59,774 nucleotides of DNA from Acetobacteraceae bacterium (lineage in GTDB: Bacteria; Pseudomonadota; Alphaproteobacteria; Acetobacterales; Acetobacteraceae). The notes under the pieces are model-generated. The model worked only from the letters and a program-made list of their open reading frames with translations, had not been told where the DNA came from and did no database searches. The stretch lies in assembly GCA_027353465.1 (NCBI GenBank), contig DAIEHR010000059.1, positions 1-59,774 on the forward strand, in the 5' to 3' direction. Below, in pieces: positions 9,921-19,317 of the stretch; the first letter of the stretch is position 1; each line of letters begins with the position of its first letter. The position numbers were made by a program, and so were the translations under genes.

Positions 9921-10589
9921 ATGCACTATCAATGGGACTTCGCGTTGCTGCTGCGCTATGCCCCGCTGTTCTGGCGCGGCGTGCTGGTCACCCTGGGGTA
10001 CACCGCCGTCACGATCCTGATCGGTTTGGTCATCGGTCTGGCAGTCGGCCTCGGACGGCTGTCGAAGTCCAAACTGCTGAACATCCCACTGGTCGCGTTC
10101 ATCGAGGCGTTCCGCTGCACCCCGCTGCTGGTCCAGATCGTTTGGTTCTATTACGCGCTGCCGGTGCTGCTGGGGATTCAGATTCCGGCCGTCGCGGCGG
10201 GTATTCTGACGTTGTCCTGCTACACCGGGGCATTCTATGCCGAGATTTTCCGCGGCGGCATCATCTCAATCGAGCAGGGCCAATGGGATGCGGCCCGCGC
10301 GCTGGGGTTGCGGCGGTGGGCGGTGATGCGGCGGGTGATCTTGCCGCAGGCGGTCCGGCGGATGATACCGCCGTTCGTGAACCAATCGATCACCCAGTTG
10401 AAGAACACCTCGCTGATATCGACCATCGCGGTGCCGGATTTGCTATATAATGGGTCGTTGATCACGGCGGACACGTATCGGCCGCTGGAGGTCTATACGG
10501 TGGTGGCGGTCATCTATTTCGTACTGCTGTTCCCCAGCACGCTGCTGGCGCAGGCCTATGAGCGGCGGTTGGCGGCGCGGCCACGGTAG
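9921..10589 (+). CDS. Amino-acid ABC transporter permease (HisM/GlnP type)
   Basis: FRCTPLLVQ, AEIFRGGIISIEQGQWDAARALG (EAA-like loop) and LKNTSL. True start is ATG 9921. Confidence 0.92.
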   Translation: MHYQWDFALLLRYAPLFWRGVLVTLGYTAVTILIGLVIGLAVGLGRLSKSKLLNIPLVAFIEAFRCTPLLVQIVWFYYALPVLLGIQIPAVAAGILTLSCYTGAFYAEIFRGGIISIEQGQWDAARALGLRRWAVMRRVILPQAVRRMIPPFVNQSITQLKNTSLISTIAVPDLLYNGSLITADTYRPLEVYTVVAVIYFVLLFPSTLLAQAYERRLAARPR

Positions 10590-10660
10590 GTTTGGGCATT
10601 TTGCCCATGTACCACCGCTCGGCATTTTCGTTCGCCGCCAACATTCATTAGGATACCCGG

Positions 10661-13369
10661 ATGCCGAACCATCTGCTGCGAACCACCGAAGGCCAACGCC
10701 TGTCGGACCGGGACTCCTGGCTTCGCTGGGGTCCTTATCTGGCCGAACGGCAATGGGGGACGGTGCGGGAGGATTACTCCGCCGACGGCGACGCATGGAA
10801 CTACTTTCCGCACGACCACGCGCGCAGCCGGACCTATCGGTGGGGCGAGGATGGGATCGGCGGGTTTACCGATGACCGGTTACGGTGGTGCCTGTCGGTT
10901 GCGTTGTGGAATGGCAAGGACCCGATCCTGAAAGAGCGGATGTTCGGCCTGACCAACGCGCAGGGCAACCATGGCGAGGACGTCAAGGAACTCTATTACT
11001 ATCTGGATGGGACGCCGACCCATTCGTACATGCGAATGCTGTACAAGTATCCTCACGCAGCGTTCCCCTACGCCGACCTGATCGAGGAAAATGCCCGGCG
11101 CGGACTGAAGGACAGGGAATACGAACTGTTGGATACCGGCGTTTTCGCGGATAACCGATATTTTGACGTCTCGATCGAATACGCGAAAGCATCGCCGGAC
11201 GATATTCTGATCCGTATCACCATCGATAACCGAGGCGCCGAAGCAGCCGACCTGCACGTTCTGCCGCAGTTATGGGCACGCAATACGTGGGATTGGCGGC
11301 CGGGCATTCCCAAACCCTCCCTGAATCTCGACGGCCGAGGTGTTCTTGCCACCCATAACCGCATGCACCAGCGGCGGCTGGACATCGACACGCGGGCTAA
11401 TTGGTTGTTCTGTGATAACGAAACGAATACGCGCCGGCTGTACGGGGCCGATGCGGCGGGACCGTTCAAGGACGGGATCAACGACTATGTCGTGGACGGC
11501 CAGACGAACGCGATCGATCCTCGGAAAGGCACCAAATGTGCCGCCCATGTCGTACTGACCATTCCGGGGAACGGCCAGCACGTCATCCGGCTGCGCTGGC
11601 AGCCCGCCGATGCGCCGGGTGATCCTTTCGCTGATCACGATGCTGCCTTCTCCCGACGGCTGGCCGAGGCAAATGAATTCTACGCGGCCCTGCAGGCCGA
11701 TAACGCGGACGCCGACGCTCGGTTGGTTCAGCGGCAGGCACTGGCCGGTATGCTGTGGTCGAAACAATTTTATCGTTACGACGTTCGCCGCTGGCTGCTC
11801 GGCGATCCGTTACAGCCGGAACCGCCGCCCGGGCGTGCCGCTATTCGCAACACCGACTGGCAGCATTTGAACAACCGCGACATCATTTCAATGCCCGATA
11901 CCTGGGAATATCCCTGGTATGCGTCGTGGGACCTGGCGTTTCAAGCGGTCACGTTCGCCTTGATCGATCCGGAATTCGCCAAGCAGCAACTTCTATTGCT
12001 GACCCATGAATGGTTCATGCACCCCAACGGGTCCTTGCCCGCTTTTGAATGGGCCTTCGGTGATGTCAATCCGCCCGTGCATGCGTGGGCAGCGTGGCGC
12101 GTGTTCCGGATGGATGCGAGCCTGCGAGGCAGGCCCGACTTTGCGTTTCTGGAGCGTGTCTTTCATAAACTGTTGATAAACTTTACTGGTTGGGTGAATC
12201 GCCAGGATGCCGAAGGTCGCAATGTGTTTCAGGGCGGTTTTCTGGGCCTGGATAATATCGGCGTCTTCGATCGCGGCCAAAAACTGCCCGTCGCGGGACG
12301 GATCGACCAGTCCGACGCAACGTCGTGGATGGCGATGTACGCGCTGAACATGCTCCGCATTTCCTTGGAACTCTCCACGCGCAACAACACCTATGAAGCC
12401 ACGGCGACCAAGTTTTTTGAGCATTTCCTCGCGATCGCCGAGGCGATGACCCAGCAAAATGGCCGCAAGGGGCTGTGGGACGAGACTGACCAGTTCTACC
12501 ATAACGTCCTGCAACGTCCCGATGGATCCGCCATTCCGCTGCGACTGTTCTCTTTGGTTGGGTTGATCCCGCTATTCGCCGTCGAAGTCCTTGAACCCGG
12601 CACGGTCGCGCGGTGCCCGGAGTTCGCTGGGCGGTTGCAATGGGTGCTGGATCACCGGCCTGACCTCGCGGCCCTGGTGTCCCAGTGGGATATCGCGGGA
12701 CAGGGCTCGCGGCGCCTGCTGTCGCTGCTACGCGGCAGCCGAATGAAGGCGCTGTTGCGGCGGATGCTGGATGAGACAGCGTTTCTGTCGCCCTATGGCG
12801 TGCGCAGTGTGTCGCGCCAGCATCAGGAGCATCCATTCGAACTCGACCTGGATGGGCAACATTTCAGCGTGGGCTATGTCCCCTCCGACAGCGACAGCCG
12901 GGCGTTCGGCGGGAACTCGAACTGGCGGGGGCCGGTATGGATGCCGGTCAATTTCATGTTGGTGGAAGCGCTCTATGGTTTCTACCATTACTACGGCGAT
13001 GATTTTCGGGTTGAATATCCGACCGGGTCGGGAACAACCCTAAGTCTGCGGCAGATCGGCGACGAACTGGCGGCGCGGCTGACCCGGCTGTTCCTGCGTG
13101 GCCCGGACGGCAAACGACCGGTTTTGGGCAAAAGCGAGATACAGCAGAACGACCCGCATTTTCGCGATCTCTTGCTGTTTCATGAATTCTTCGACGGCGA
13201 TACCGGGGAGGGCCTGGGTGCCTCACACCAAACCGGATGGACGGGCTTGATTGCCTTGTTGCTGCACGCCCGTGAAGCGCACGACCCGACGCTGATCGAC
13301 ATGCCGGACGGTTCGCTGGCGGCACCGGATGAAGCATGGCACAATTCAGACAACGGAGGAAAACCATGA
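10661..13369 (+). CDS. GH63/MGH1-like glycoside hydrolase (glucosidase)
   Basis: WGPYLAERQWGTVREDYS, SMPDTWEYPWYASWDLAF, GGNSNWRGPVW and GLGASHQTGWTG. Confidence 0.9.
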   Translation: MPNHLLRTTEGQRLSDRDSWLRWGPYLAERQWGTVREDYSADGDAWNYFPHDHARSRTYRWGEDGIGGFTDDRLRWCLSVALWNGKDPILKERMFGLTNAQGNHGEDVKELYYYLDGTPTHSYMRMLYKYPHAAFPYADLIEENARRGLKDREYELLDTGVFADNRYFDVSIEYAKASPDDILIRITIDNRGAEAADLHVLPQLWARNTWDWRPGIPKPSLNLDGRGVLATHNRMHQRRLDIDTRANWLFCDNETNTRRLYGADAAGPFKDGINDYVVDGQTNAIDPRKGTKCAAHVVLTIPGNGQHVIRLRWQPADAPGDPFADHDAAFSRRLAEANEFYAALQADNADADARLVQRQALAGMLWSKQFYRYDVRRWLLGDPLQPEPPPGRAAIRNTDWQHLNNRDIISMPDTWEYPWYASWDLAFQAVTFALIDPEFAKQQLLLLTHEWFMHPNGSLPAFEWAFGDVNPPVHAWAAWRVFRMDASLRGRPDFAFLERVFHKLLINFTGWVNRQDAEGRNVFQGGFLGLDNIGVFDRGQKLPVAGRIDQSDATSWMAMYALNMLRISLELSTRNNTYEATATKFFEHFLAIAEAMTQQNGRKGLWDETDQFYHNVLQRPDGSAIPLRLFSLVGLIPLFAVEVLEPGTVARCPEFAGRLQWVLDHRPDLAALVSQWDIAGQGSRRLLSLLRGSRMKALLRRMLDETAFLSPYGVRSVSRQHQEHPFELDLDGQHFSVGYVPSDSDSRAFGGNSNWRGPVWMPVNFMLVEALYGFYHYYGDDFRVEYPTGSGTTLSLRQIGDELAARLTRLFLRGPDGKRPVLGKSEIQQNDPHFRDLLLFHEFFDGDTGEGLGASHQTGWTGLIALLLHAREAHDPTLIDMPDGSLAAPDEAWHNSDNGGKP

Positions 13370-14454
13370 AGATCACCCGCCTGCGCACCCAGGTCGTGCA
13401 TCTGCCTATCGATCCGCCGATTCTGACGGCGATATTGGGATCAATCCGGTCGGCGGACTGCGTTCTGACATTCCTGGACACCGATGAGGGTATTACCGGC
13501 GAAGGTCTGGTCTTTTCCATCAACAACCGGCGGCTGAGCGTGATCCATGAAATGGTCCGTCAGCTTGAGGATCTCGTCGTCGGTCTTGATCCCTTGCTGG
13601 GTGGTTCGTTGAACGCCCGAGCTTGGAAGGAGTTGAATTTCCTGGGCTACGAGGGGGTGTCGATCGTCGGCTTAGCCGCGATCGACAATGCGCTGTGGGA
13701 TTTGCGCGGCAAAGCGGCCGGGATGAACGTGGCGCATCTGATTGGCGCCTGCCGGCCGGCCGTCCCGACCTACGCGAGTGGCGGGCTTTGGCTCGGGTCC
13801 TCCATCGATGAATTGCAGAAAGAGGCGCAATCGTTCCTGGACCGCGGATTCAAGGGGATGAAGACTCGCGTGGGGCCAACCGACCCCGAGAAGATGGTGG
13901 CCCGTGTGGCCGCGGTGCGGGAGGCGATCGGGCCGGACATCGCGCTGATGGTCGATGCGAACCAGCAAATGACGGTGAAACAGGCGATCCGGATCGGGCG
14001 GATGATGGAACCGCTGAACCTGACATGGTTCGAGGAACCGGTAATCTGCAACAACCACGACGGCGAGGCGGAACTGCGGGCCGCCCTGGAAATGCCGATT
14101 GCCTCGGGCGAGACGGTGCATACGCATCGTGGCGTACTGGCGATGTTGCAGGCCGGGGCGGCGGATGTGGTGATGCCGGATCTGCAACGGATGGGCGGAC
14201 CGACGGAGTTTCTAAAGGCGGGGCATTTGTGCGAGGCGTTCCATACCCCGTGCGCGTCGCATCTGTTCCCCGAAATGAGTCTGGCGCTGCTGGCTGGGCT
14301 GCCAAACGGGTACTATCTGGAACATATGCCCTGGTTCGAGAAGATCTATCGGGAACGGATCGAACTGGATGCGAACGGGCACGCCATCGTGCCGGATCGG
14401 CCGGGTTGGGGGTTTAGCTTCGATCTGGAAGCGGTTCGGCATTACCAGGGATAG
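13366..14454 (+). CDS. Mandelate racemase/muconate lactonizing enzyme (enolase superfamily)
   Basis: AAIDNALWDLRGK, MVDANQ, WFEEP and ASGE metal ligands. ATGA overlap with the GH63 stop and a GGAGG SD. Confidence 0.9.
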   Translation: MKITRLRTQVVHLPIDPPILTAILGSIRSADCVLTFLDTDEGITGEGLVFSINNRRLSVIHEMVRQLEDLVVGLDPLLGGSLNARAWKELNFLGYEGVSIVGLAAIDNALWDLRGKAAGMNVAHLIGACRPAVPTYASGGLWLGSSIDELQKEAQSFLDRGFKGMKTRVGPTDPEKMVARVAAVREAIGPDIALMVDANQQMTVKQAIRIGRMMEPLNLTWFEEPVICNNHDGEAELRAALEMPIASGETVHTHRGVLAMLQAGAADVVMPDLQRMGGPTEFLKAGHLCEAFHTPCASHLFPEMSLALLAGLPNGYYLEHMPWFEKIYRERIELDANGHAIVPDRPGWGFSFDLEAVRHYQG

Positions 14455-14462
14455 GGGGACGG

Positions 14463-14498
14463 GCGGGCCAGCGAGTGTGGGCCCGCTTTCTTCATTTT
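14463..14498 (+). terminator. Probable intrinsic terminator after the GH63-racemase pair
   Basis: GCGGGCC-N10-GGCCCGC stem followed by TTTCTTCATTTT, 8 nt after the stop codon. Confidence 0.55.
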
Positions 14499-14503
14499 GC
14501 TGG

Positions 14504-14567
14504 GAAGGGCGGGAACGGCCGCGGAGGACGGTAGCGGCAGAAATCTCAGCGGCCCTTTCCGCCCTTC
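14504..14567. repeat. Imperfect 23-bp inverted repeat (REP-like palindrome)
   Basis: GAAGGGCGGGAACGGCCGCGGAG (14504-14526) versus the reverse complement of 14545-14567, GAAGGGCGGAAAGGGCCGCTGAG: 20 of 23 match. Confidence 0.6.
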
Positions 14568-14667
14568 GCGCTCTTCCAAAATAAACATCCAAGCTGAACG
14601 CGCCACCGACCCATCGTCTAGGGCACGCCCGGCTTCCGGTATCAGGGTCGGGCCGTTCTACTGCCGG

Positions 14668-15843
14668 CTAACCAGCCTTCGCCAGTTGCTGCTCCACCAG
14701 CGTGGCCCACCACGACGCACCAACCGGCAGGATCTCATCGTTGAAGTCGTATTTCGGGTGATGCAGCAGCGGATCGCCGTTCCCACTGCCGCCGCCTAGC
14801 ATCAGATAGGCACCTTGTTTCGCGTTCAGCATATACGCGAAGTCCTCGCCGCCCATGGTCGGCGCCCGCATCTCCCGCACCGCCGCCGCACCCGAGATCG
14901 TGCTCGCCGCCGCGATTGCCAGGGCGGTCGCCTCCGGATCATTGACCGTCGCGGGCGCGTGGCGGAAGAAATTCAGCTCCGCCTTGGCGCCAAAGCTTTC
15001 GGCGATGCCGTGGATCAGGCGGTTCATGCCGGCTTCGATCTTGTCGCCGACCTCGGGCAGATACCACCTGGCCGTGCCCTTCATCACCACGCGCTCCGGC
15101 AGGATGTTATGGGCATCTCCGCCGGCGATGCTGCCGATGGAAACGACACCGCCCTGAACCGGCTCGATCGAGCGGGAAACGATGGTCTGCAAAGCACTGA
15201 TAATCTGGGCGGACACAACGATCGGGTCGATCCCCTGATGCGGGGACGCCCCGTGACTGCCCAGCCCGGTCACGGTGATCTCGAAAAACCCGACGGCGGC
15301 CATAACCGGGCCATTGCGCCAGAAGAATGTGCCGGCCTTTGCCTCTGGCCAGTTATGCAGGCCGTACACCTTGTCCATCGGACAACGGTCGAACAACCCG
15401 TCCTTCACCATCTTGTCGGCCCCGCCTTCAAACTCCTCGGCGGGTTGGAAGATCAAATAGACCGTGCCATCGAAATTGCGGGTTTCAGCAAGGTATTTCG
15501 CGGCGCCCAGCAGCATCGCCGTATGGCCGTCGTGTCCACACGCATGCATGACGCCCGGAGTCTTGCTGGCATGCGGCAGGCCGGTTTCCTCATGGATTGC
15601 CAGCGCGTCCATATCCGCGCGCAGACCGATTGCCCTGTCGGAGCTCCCAGACCGGATTACGCCAACCACGCCATGCGTGGCCATGCCGGTAATGATTTCG
15701 TCCACGCCGAATTGCGCGAGCTTTTCCCGCACCACGCGCGATGTGCGGGCTTCCTGCATCGATAGTTCGGGATGAGCGTGCAGGTCGTGCCGCCACGCGG
15801 TCATCTCTGGATGGAACGCGGCAATGCTGTTGATAATCGGCAT
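14668..15843 (-). CDS. M20D amidohydrolase (hippurate hydrolase-like)
   Basis: HAHPELS, GLRADMDAL, MHACGHDGH, FQPAEE, GGEDFA and LHHP. Confidence 0.92.
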   Translation of the reverse strand: MPIINSIAAFHPEMTAWRHDLHAHPELSMQEARTSRVVREKLAQFGVDEIITGMATHGVVGVIRSGSSDRAIGLRADMDALAIHEETGLPHASKTPGVMHACGHDGHTAMLLGAAKYLAETRNFDGTVYLIFQPAEEFEGGADKMVKDGLFDRCPMDKVYGLHNWPEAKAGTFFWRNGPVMAAVGFFEITVTGLGSHGASPHQGIDPIVVSAQIISALQTIVSRSIEPVQGGVVSIGSIAGGDAHNILPERVVMKGTARWYLPEVGDKIEAGMNRLIHGIAESFGAKAELNFFRHAPATVNDPEATALAIAAASTISGAAAVREMRAPTMGGEDFAYMLNAKQGAYLMLGGGSGNGDPLLHHPKYDFNDEILPVGASWWATLVEQQLAKAG

Positions 15844-15864
15844 ACGGGACTCCAGGTCGTATCG

Positions 15865-16725
15865 TTATTCCTGCGGGGGCGCGAACGTCAGCGCAAGCCC
15901 TTTCGTCAGCGGGATCGGCTGCACCCCCAGCGTCTGGCGCATCGGGCCGATGTCGAACGCCTTGTCTTCCATCAATCTGCGAATTTCCTCCGGTTGTATC
16001 GTCGGCAGCGCAGCGACGTGTTTCATCAACCTGGCCGCGAGGATCAGCGGCGCGGCGGGAAATGGAACGATGATCGGCTTACGCAACCCCGCGGCGGCCG
16101 CCACCGCTCGGACGAAATCGGCATAGCGGATCGCGTCCGGCCCTGCGATCGTCAGGCTATGTGGCCCGTCCCACTCATAGTCCAGCGCCGAGCGGATGCA
16201 GCGCGTCACGTCGGACTGGTGGATGGGCTGGACCAGAAACCGGCCGCCTCCCGGCAACGGTATCGCGGGCAGGCGGCGCAGCAGTCCTGCCAGGCGCTGC
16301 ACGTTGTCCTCACCCTGAGCGCCATAGATCATCGTTGGGTGCAGGATCACGCCACGGCGTCCCGATGCCGTCAGGGCCGCCTCGCCCGCCAGGACGCCGT
16401 TGCCGTGCTGGTCGGGCCAGCGGGTGAATTTGCGGGTGCTGCCAAGCAGAACCAATACGGCGGCAGCAGGGGCCGCGGCGATGATGGCGGCGGCGTGGCG
16501 GGCATGGGCGCAGGACACGATGCGGGTTGCCCCCTCCAGCGCCGCACGCAGGGCATCTTGCTGCCGCAGGTCGGCCTGACGGGGCGTTCCCGATAGGCCG
16601 GCGGCCTGAAATTTCGCGGGGTTGCGTACCACCGGTACAACGGGAATGCCATCGGCCAGCAGTGAACGGCACAAGGCGAGGCCAGAGCGCCCAGAGGCGC
16701 CGATTACATGAACAGCGTCGGTCAT
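15865..16725 (-). CDS. NAD(P)-binding atypical SDR/epimerase family protein
   Basis: VIGASGRSG Rossmann motif, PTMIYG and QPIHQSDV. Start trimmed to MTDAVHVIG. Confidence 0.8.
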   Translation of the reverse strand: MTDAVHVIGASGRSGLALCRSLLADGIPVVPVVRNPAKFQAAGLSGTPRQADLRQQDALRAALEGATRIVSCAHARHAAAIIAAAPAAAVLVLLGSTRKFTRWPDQHGNGVLAGEAALTASGRRGVILHPTMIYGAQGEDNVQRLAGLLRRLPAIPLPGGGRFLVQPIHQSDVTRCIRSALDYEWDGPHSLTIAGPDAIRYADFVRAVAAAAGLRKPIIVPFPAAPLILAARLMKHVAALPTIQPEEIRRLMEDKAFDIGPMRQTLGVQPIPLTKGLALTFAPPQE

Positions 16726-16822
16726 CCGCCCTGAAACGCACATCCCGCACTGCGAGACAAGCCTATCGCATAAGGTCGCCGTTTCGCCTAGCGTGACCAC
16801 AATAACAGGGAGACGCCAAACA

Positions 16823-18043
16823 ATGATCATCAACCGGCGCACCGTCCTTGGTGCCGCGGCCGCGACCGCGGCCACCCCCATCGTTCGAGCGCGTGCGCAA
16901 ACCAAACCGTTGATCAGACTGGGGGTGATGAACGACCAGTCCGGCCCGTACCGCGACGTGAACGGACCAACCGGTGTGGCCTGCACCAGGCAAGCCGTTC
17001 AGGAATTCGCCGCGCATGGCTTCGACGTGGAGGTGATCGACGCCGATCACCAGAACAAACCCGATATTGCCGTGTCGCTGGCGCGCGAATGGTTCGACAA
17101 CCGCGGCGTCGATATGATCATGGACATCGCCGCGACATCCTGCGCGCTGGCCCTGGCATCGATCGTGAAAGAGAAAGACAAGATCATGATCGCCACCAGC
17201 ACGGCGTCGTCCGACGTGACTGGCAAGGCCTGCACGCCGAATTCGATGCACTGGTCGTTCGACACCTACATGGAAGCACGCTCGACCGGTGGGGCAATGG
17301 TGAAGGCTGGCGGCGATAGCTGGTTCTTCATTACCCCGAACTATGCGTTCGGCGAGGCCACCCAGCGCGACACCACGAAGTTCGTAGTGGCCGGCGGCGG
17401 CAAGGTTCTGGGTGCCCAACTCTATCCGTTTCCCGAAACCACAGATTTTTCTTCCTATCTGATTAAGGCGCAGGCGTCCGGGGCGAAGATACTGGGCATT
17501 TGCGGTGCGGGTTCCGACCTGATCAACGTCATCAAGCAGGCGCATGAATTTGGCCTGACCAAGACGATGAATGTCGCCGCCATGGTCGCCTATACCACGG
17601 ACATGCGGGCGGTCGGGATCGAGATGGCGCAAGGCACCCGCCTGTCGGAAACCTATTACTGGGATCTGAACGATCGGACACGCGGCTTTCAGAAGCGGAT
17701 TCAGCCCAAGGTAACCCTGTGGCCGAACATGGCCCAGGCCGGGAATTACTCCTGCACGCTGCACTACCTGAAGACGGTGCAGCACATGGGCGCCGCGGAG
17801 GCGAAGCGCAGCGGCGCAGCCACCGTCGCCCGCATGAAAGCGATGCCTACGGATGACGACTGCTTCGGGCCAGGAAAAATCCGCGAGGACGGACGCAAGA
17901 TCACGCCGGCCTACCTGTTCGAGGTGAAGAAACCTTCGGAGAGCAAACAGGAATGGGATTTGTACAAGCTGATCGGCACCACGCCGGCCGATGAGGTATT
18001 CCGGCCGTTATCCGACCACGCCTGCCCACTGATCAAAAGCTAG
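16823..18043 (+). CDS. Branched-chain/aromatic-acid type ABC substrate-binding protein (Peripla_BP_6), Tat signal
   Basis: INRRTVL Tat motif, GVMNDQSGPY, DHQNKPD, SSDVTGKAC and YYWDLND. Confidence 0.88.
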   Translation: MIINRRTVLGAAAATAATPIVRARAQTKPLIRLGVMNDQSGPYRDVNGPTGVACTRQAVQEFAAHGFDVEVIDADHQNKPDIAVSLAREWFDNRGVDMIMDIAATSCALALASIVKEKDKIMIATSTASSDVTGKACTPNSMHWSFDTYMEARSTGGAMVKAGGDSWFFITPNYAFGEATQRDTTKFVVAGGGKVLGAQLYPFPETTDFSSYLIKAQASGAKILGICGAGSDLINVIKQAHEFGLTKTMNVAAMVAYTTDMRAVGIEMAQGTRLSETYYWDLNDRTRGFQKRIQPKVTLWPNMAQAGNYSCTLHYLKTVQHMGAAEAKRSGAATVARMKAMPTDDDCFGPGKIREDGRKITPAYLFEVKKPSESKQEWDLYKLIGTTPADEVFRPLSDHACPLIKS

Positions 18044-18047
18044 GCTT

Positions 18048-18098
18048 ATACCAATCCGACGAATGGCCGTCTCTTTCGGCCATTCGGCGGATTGGTAT
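18048..18098. repeat. Near-perfect 22-bp inverted repeat in a convergent intergenic region
   Basis: ATACCAATCCGACGAATGGCCG-N7-CGGCCATTCGGCGGATTGGTAT, 21 of 22 paired. Confidence 0.75.
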
Positions 18099-18186
18099 CG
18101 CGCGCCGGGTTGGCCGGCGGCGGCGCGCGATATGTGACCCAATACCAGCACCATGGTCCGGGCAAGCCGGCGCATGGTGCCATGGG

Positions 18187-18963
18187 TTACCGGCTTACGC
18201 CTGTATTGATCCGGGTATCGATCACGCGGTGCGGCCTGTCCGGGAATTCCGCGACTTCTTCCATCGTCTGCCACGGGCGTTCCGCTACCGGGCGGAGATC
18301 GGACGGAACCGGGTTGATGGCGGGCTGCGGGGCAGGGCGGGAGACGCTGGCCATCACCGCGCCAGTCGCCGGGCGGTTATAGATGAAGCCGTAGGTCGGA
18401 TAGACTGACCCGAACGTGCCCTGGTGGCCAAGTTCGACCCGAACGGCTGACCAGTTATTGGCCTCAGACACATCCACAACCGTCATACCGCGCGACACGC
18501 TGCCACCGCTTTGCCAATTGGCGTGATCAACGATCACTTCGCGCGGGTTCACGACCCGGGTGACCACAGCGACATGGCCCAGTCGCATCCGGCCGTTGGC
18601 ACGAAAATTGAGCACGCTGCCGGCTTCGGGACGGTCACCACGCGCATACTGGCCGGACGCATTGTCCCACCATTGCCACGCATTTCCAGCCACCTGAATG
18701 CCGGACACCTCACGGGCGAAGGGAACGCAAGATATGCCGAACGCATGCGCCACGCGATGTTTACCACTGGCCATGCGAGCGCCGGGAGCCGAGCGTCCCG
18801 TCTTGATGCCGGCGCTCTTTTGTTGAACATGGCTCGCTGGCGTCGTATGCACCGCATGCGAATGGTCTTGAGCAGCCTTGGCAGTACCGATGAGAAGCGG
18901 GCATGCGAACAGGATCGCGGAGCTCAAAAGCCAAGCATTCGTTCCTGTTCTCAGTTCCCGCAT
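18187..18963 (-). CDS. CHAP-domain peptidoglycan hydrolase
   Basis: Signal peptide, catalytic SCVPFAR, GNAWQWW, GHVAVV and DHANW. Confidence 0.9.
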   Translation of the reverse strand: MRELRTGTNAWLLSSAILFACPLLIGTAKAAQDHSHAVHTTPASHVQQKSAGIKTGRSAPGARMASGKHRVAHAFGISCVPFAREVSGIQVAGNAWQWWDNASGQYARGDRPEAGSVLNFRANGRMRLGHVAVVTRVVNPREVIVDHANWQSGGSVSRGMTVVDVSEANNWSAVRVELGHQGTFGSVYPTYGFIYNRPATGAVMASVSRPAPQPAINPVPSDLRPVAERPWQTMEEVAEFPDRPHRVIDTRINTGVSR

Positions 18964-19082
18964 CGGACTCCGCTCCTTCGATCTTTGTCAGACAAGACTT
19001 GCGGTAACAGCAGGGTTGCAAAGCTGACAACCCTACTTGAGCCGTTTTTTTAGCGCCGATTTTCAGTTCGCGGTTTTGACCC

Positions 19083-19091
19083 TGTGGATAA
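19083..19091 (-). promoter_or_regulatory. Consensus DnaA box (TTATCCACA)
   Basis: The plus strand reads TGTGGATAA in the AT-richer divergent gap between the CHAP gene and kdsA. Confidence 0.5.
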
Positions 19092-19317
19092 CTTCCAAAA
19101 CAAGGAACAAATGCCCAATACGAAAAATGTGATCGCAGGCATGCGAAGATATGTCACAGGTGTGGCTTTTCCGCACTGCTCCGCTTGAAGGCGAGTCATT
19201 CCGCTGTCTGGTGCGTTCGCGCTGCGCCAAAGGGGAATGTCGGGCGTGCTTGACCTTGACACGCTGTCCCAGGACAACCGCCTCACGGCACGAACCGATC
19301 AGAAGGATCTGTTATCC

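Noticed and set aside
18964-19317. Replication origin (DnaA box; rho often lies near oriC in alphaproteobacteria)
   Set aside because: Only one consensus box, no clear unwinding element, and no hemE, parAB or mnmE nearby.
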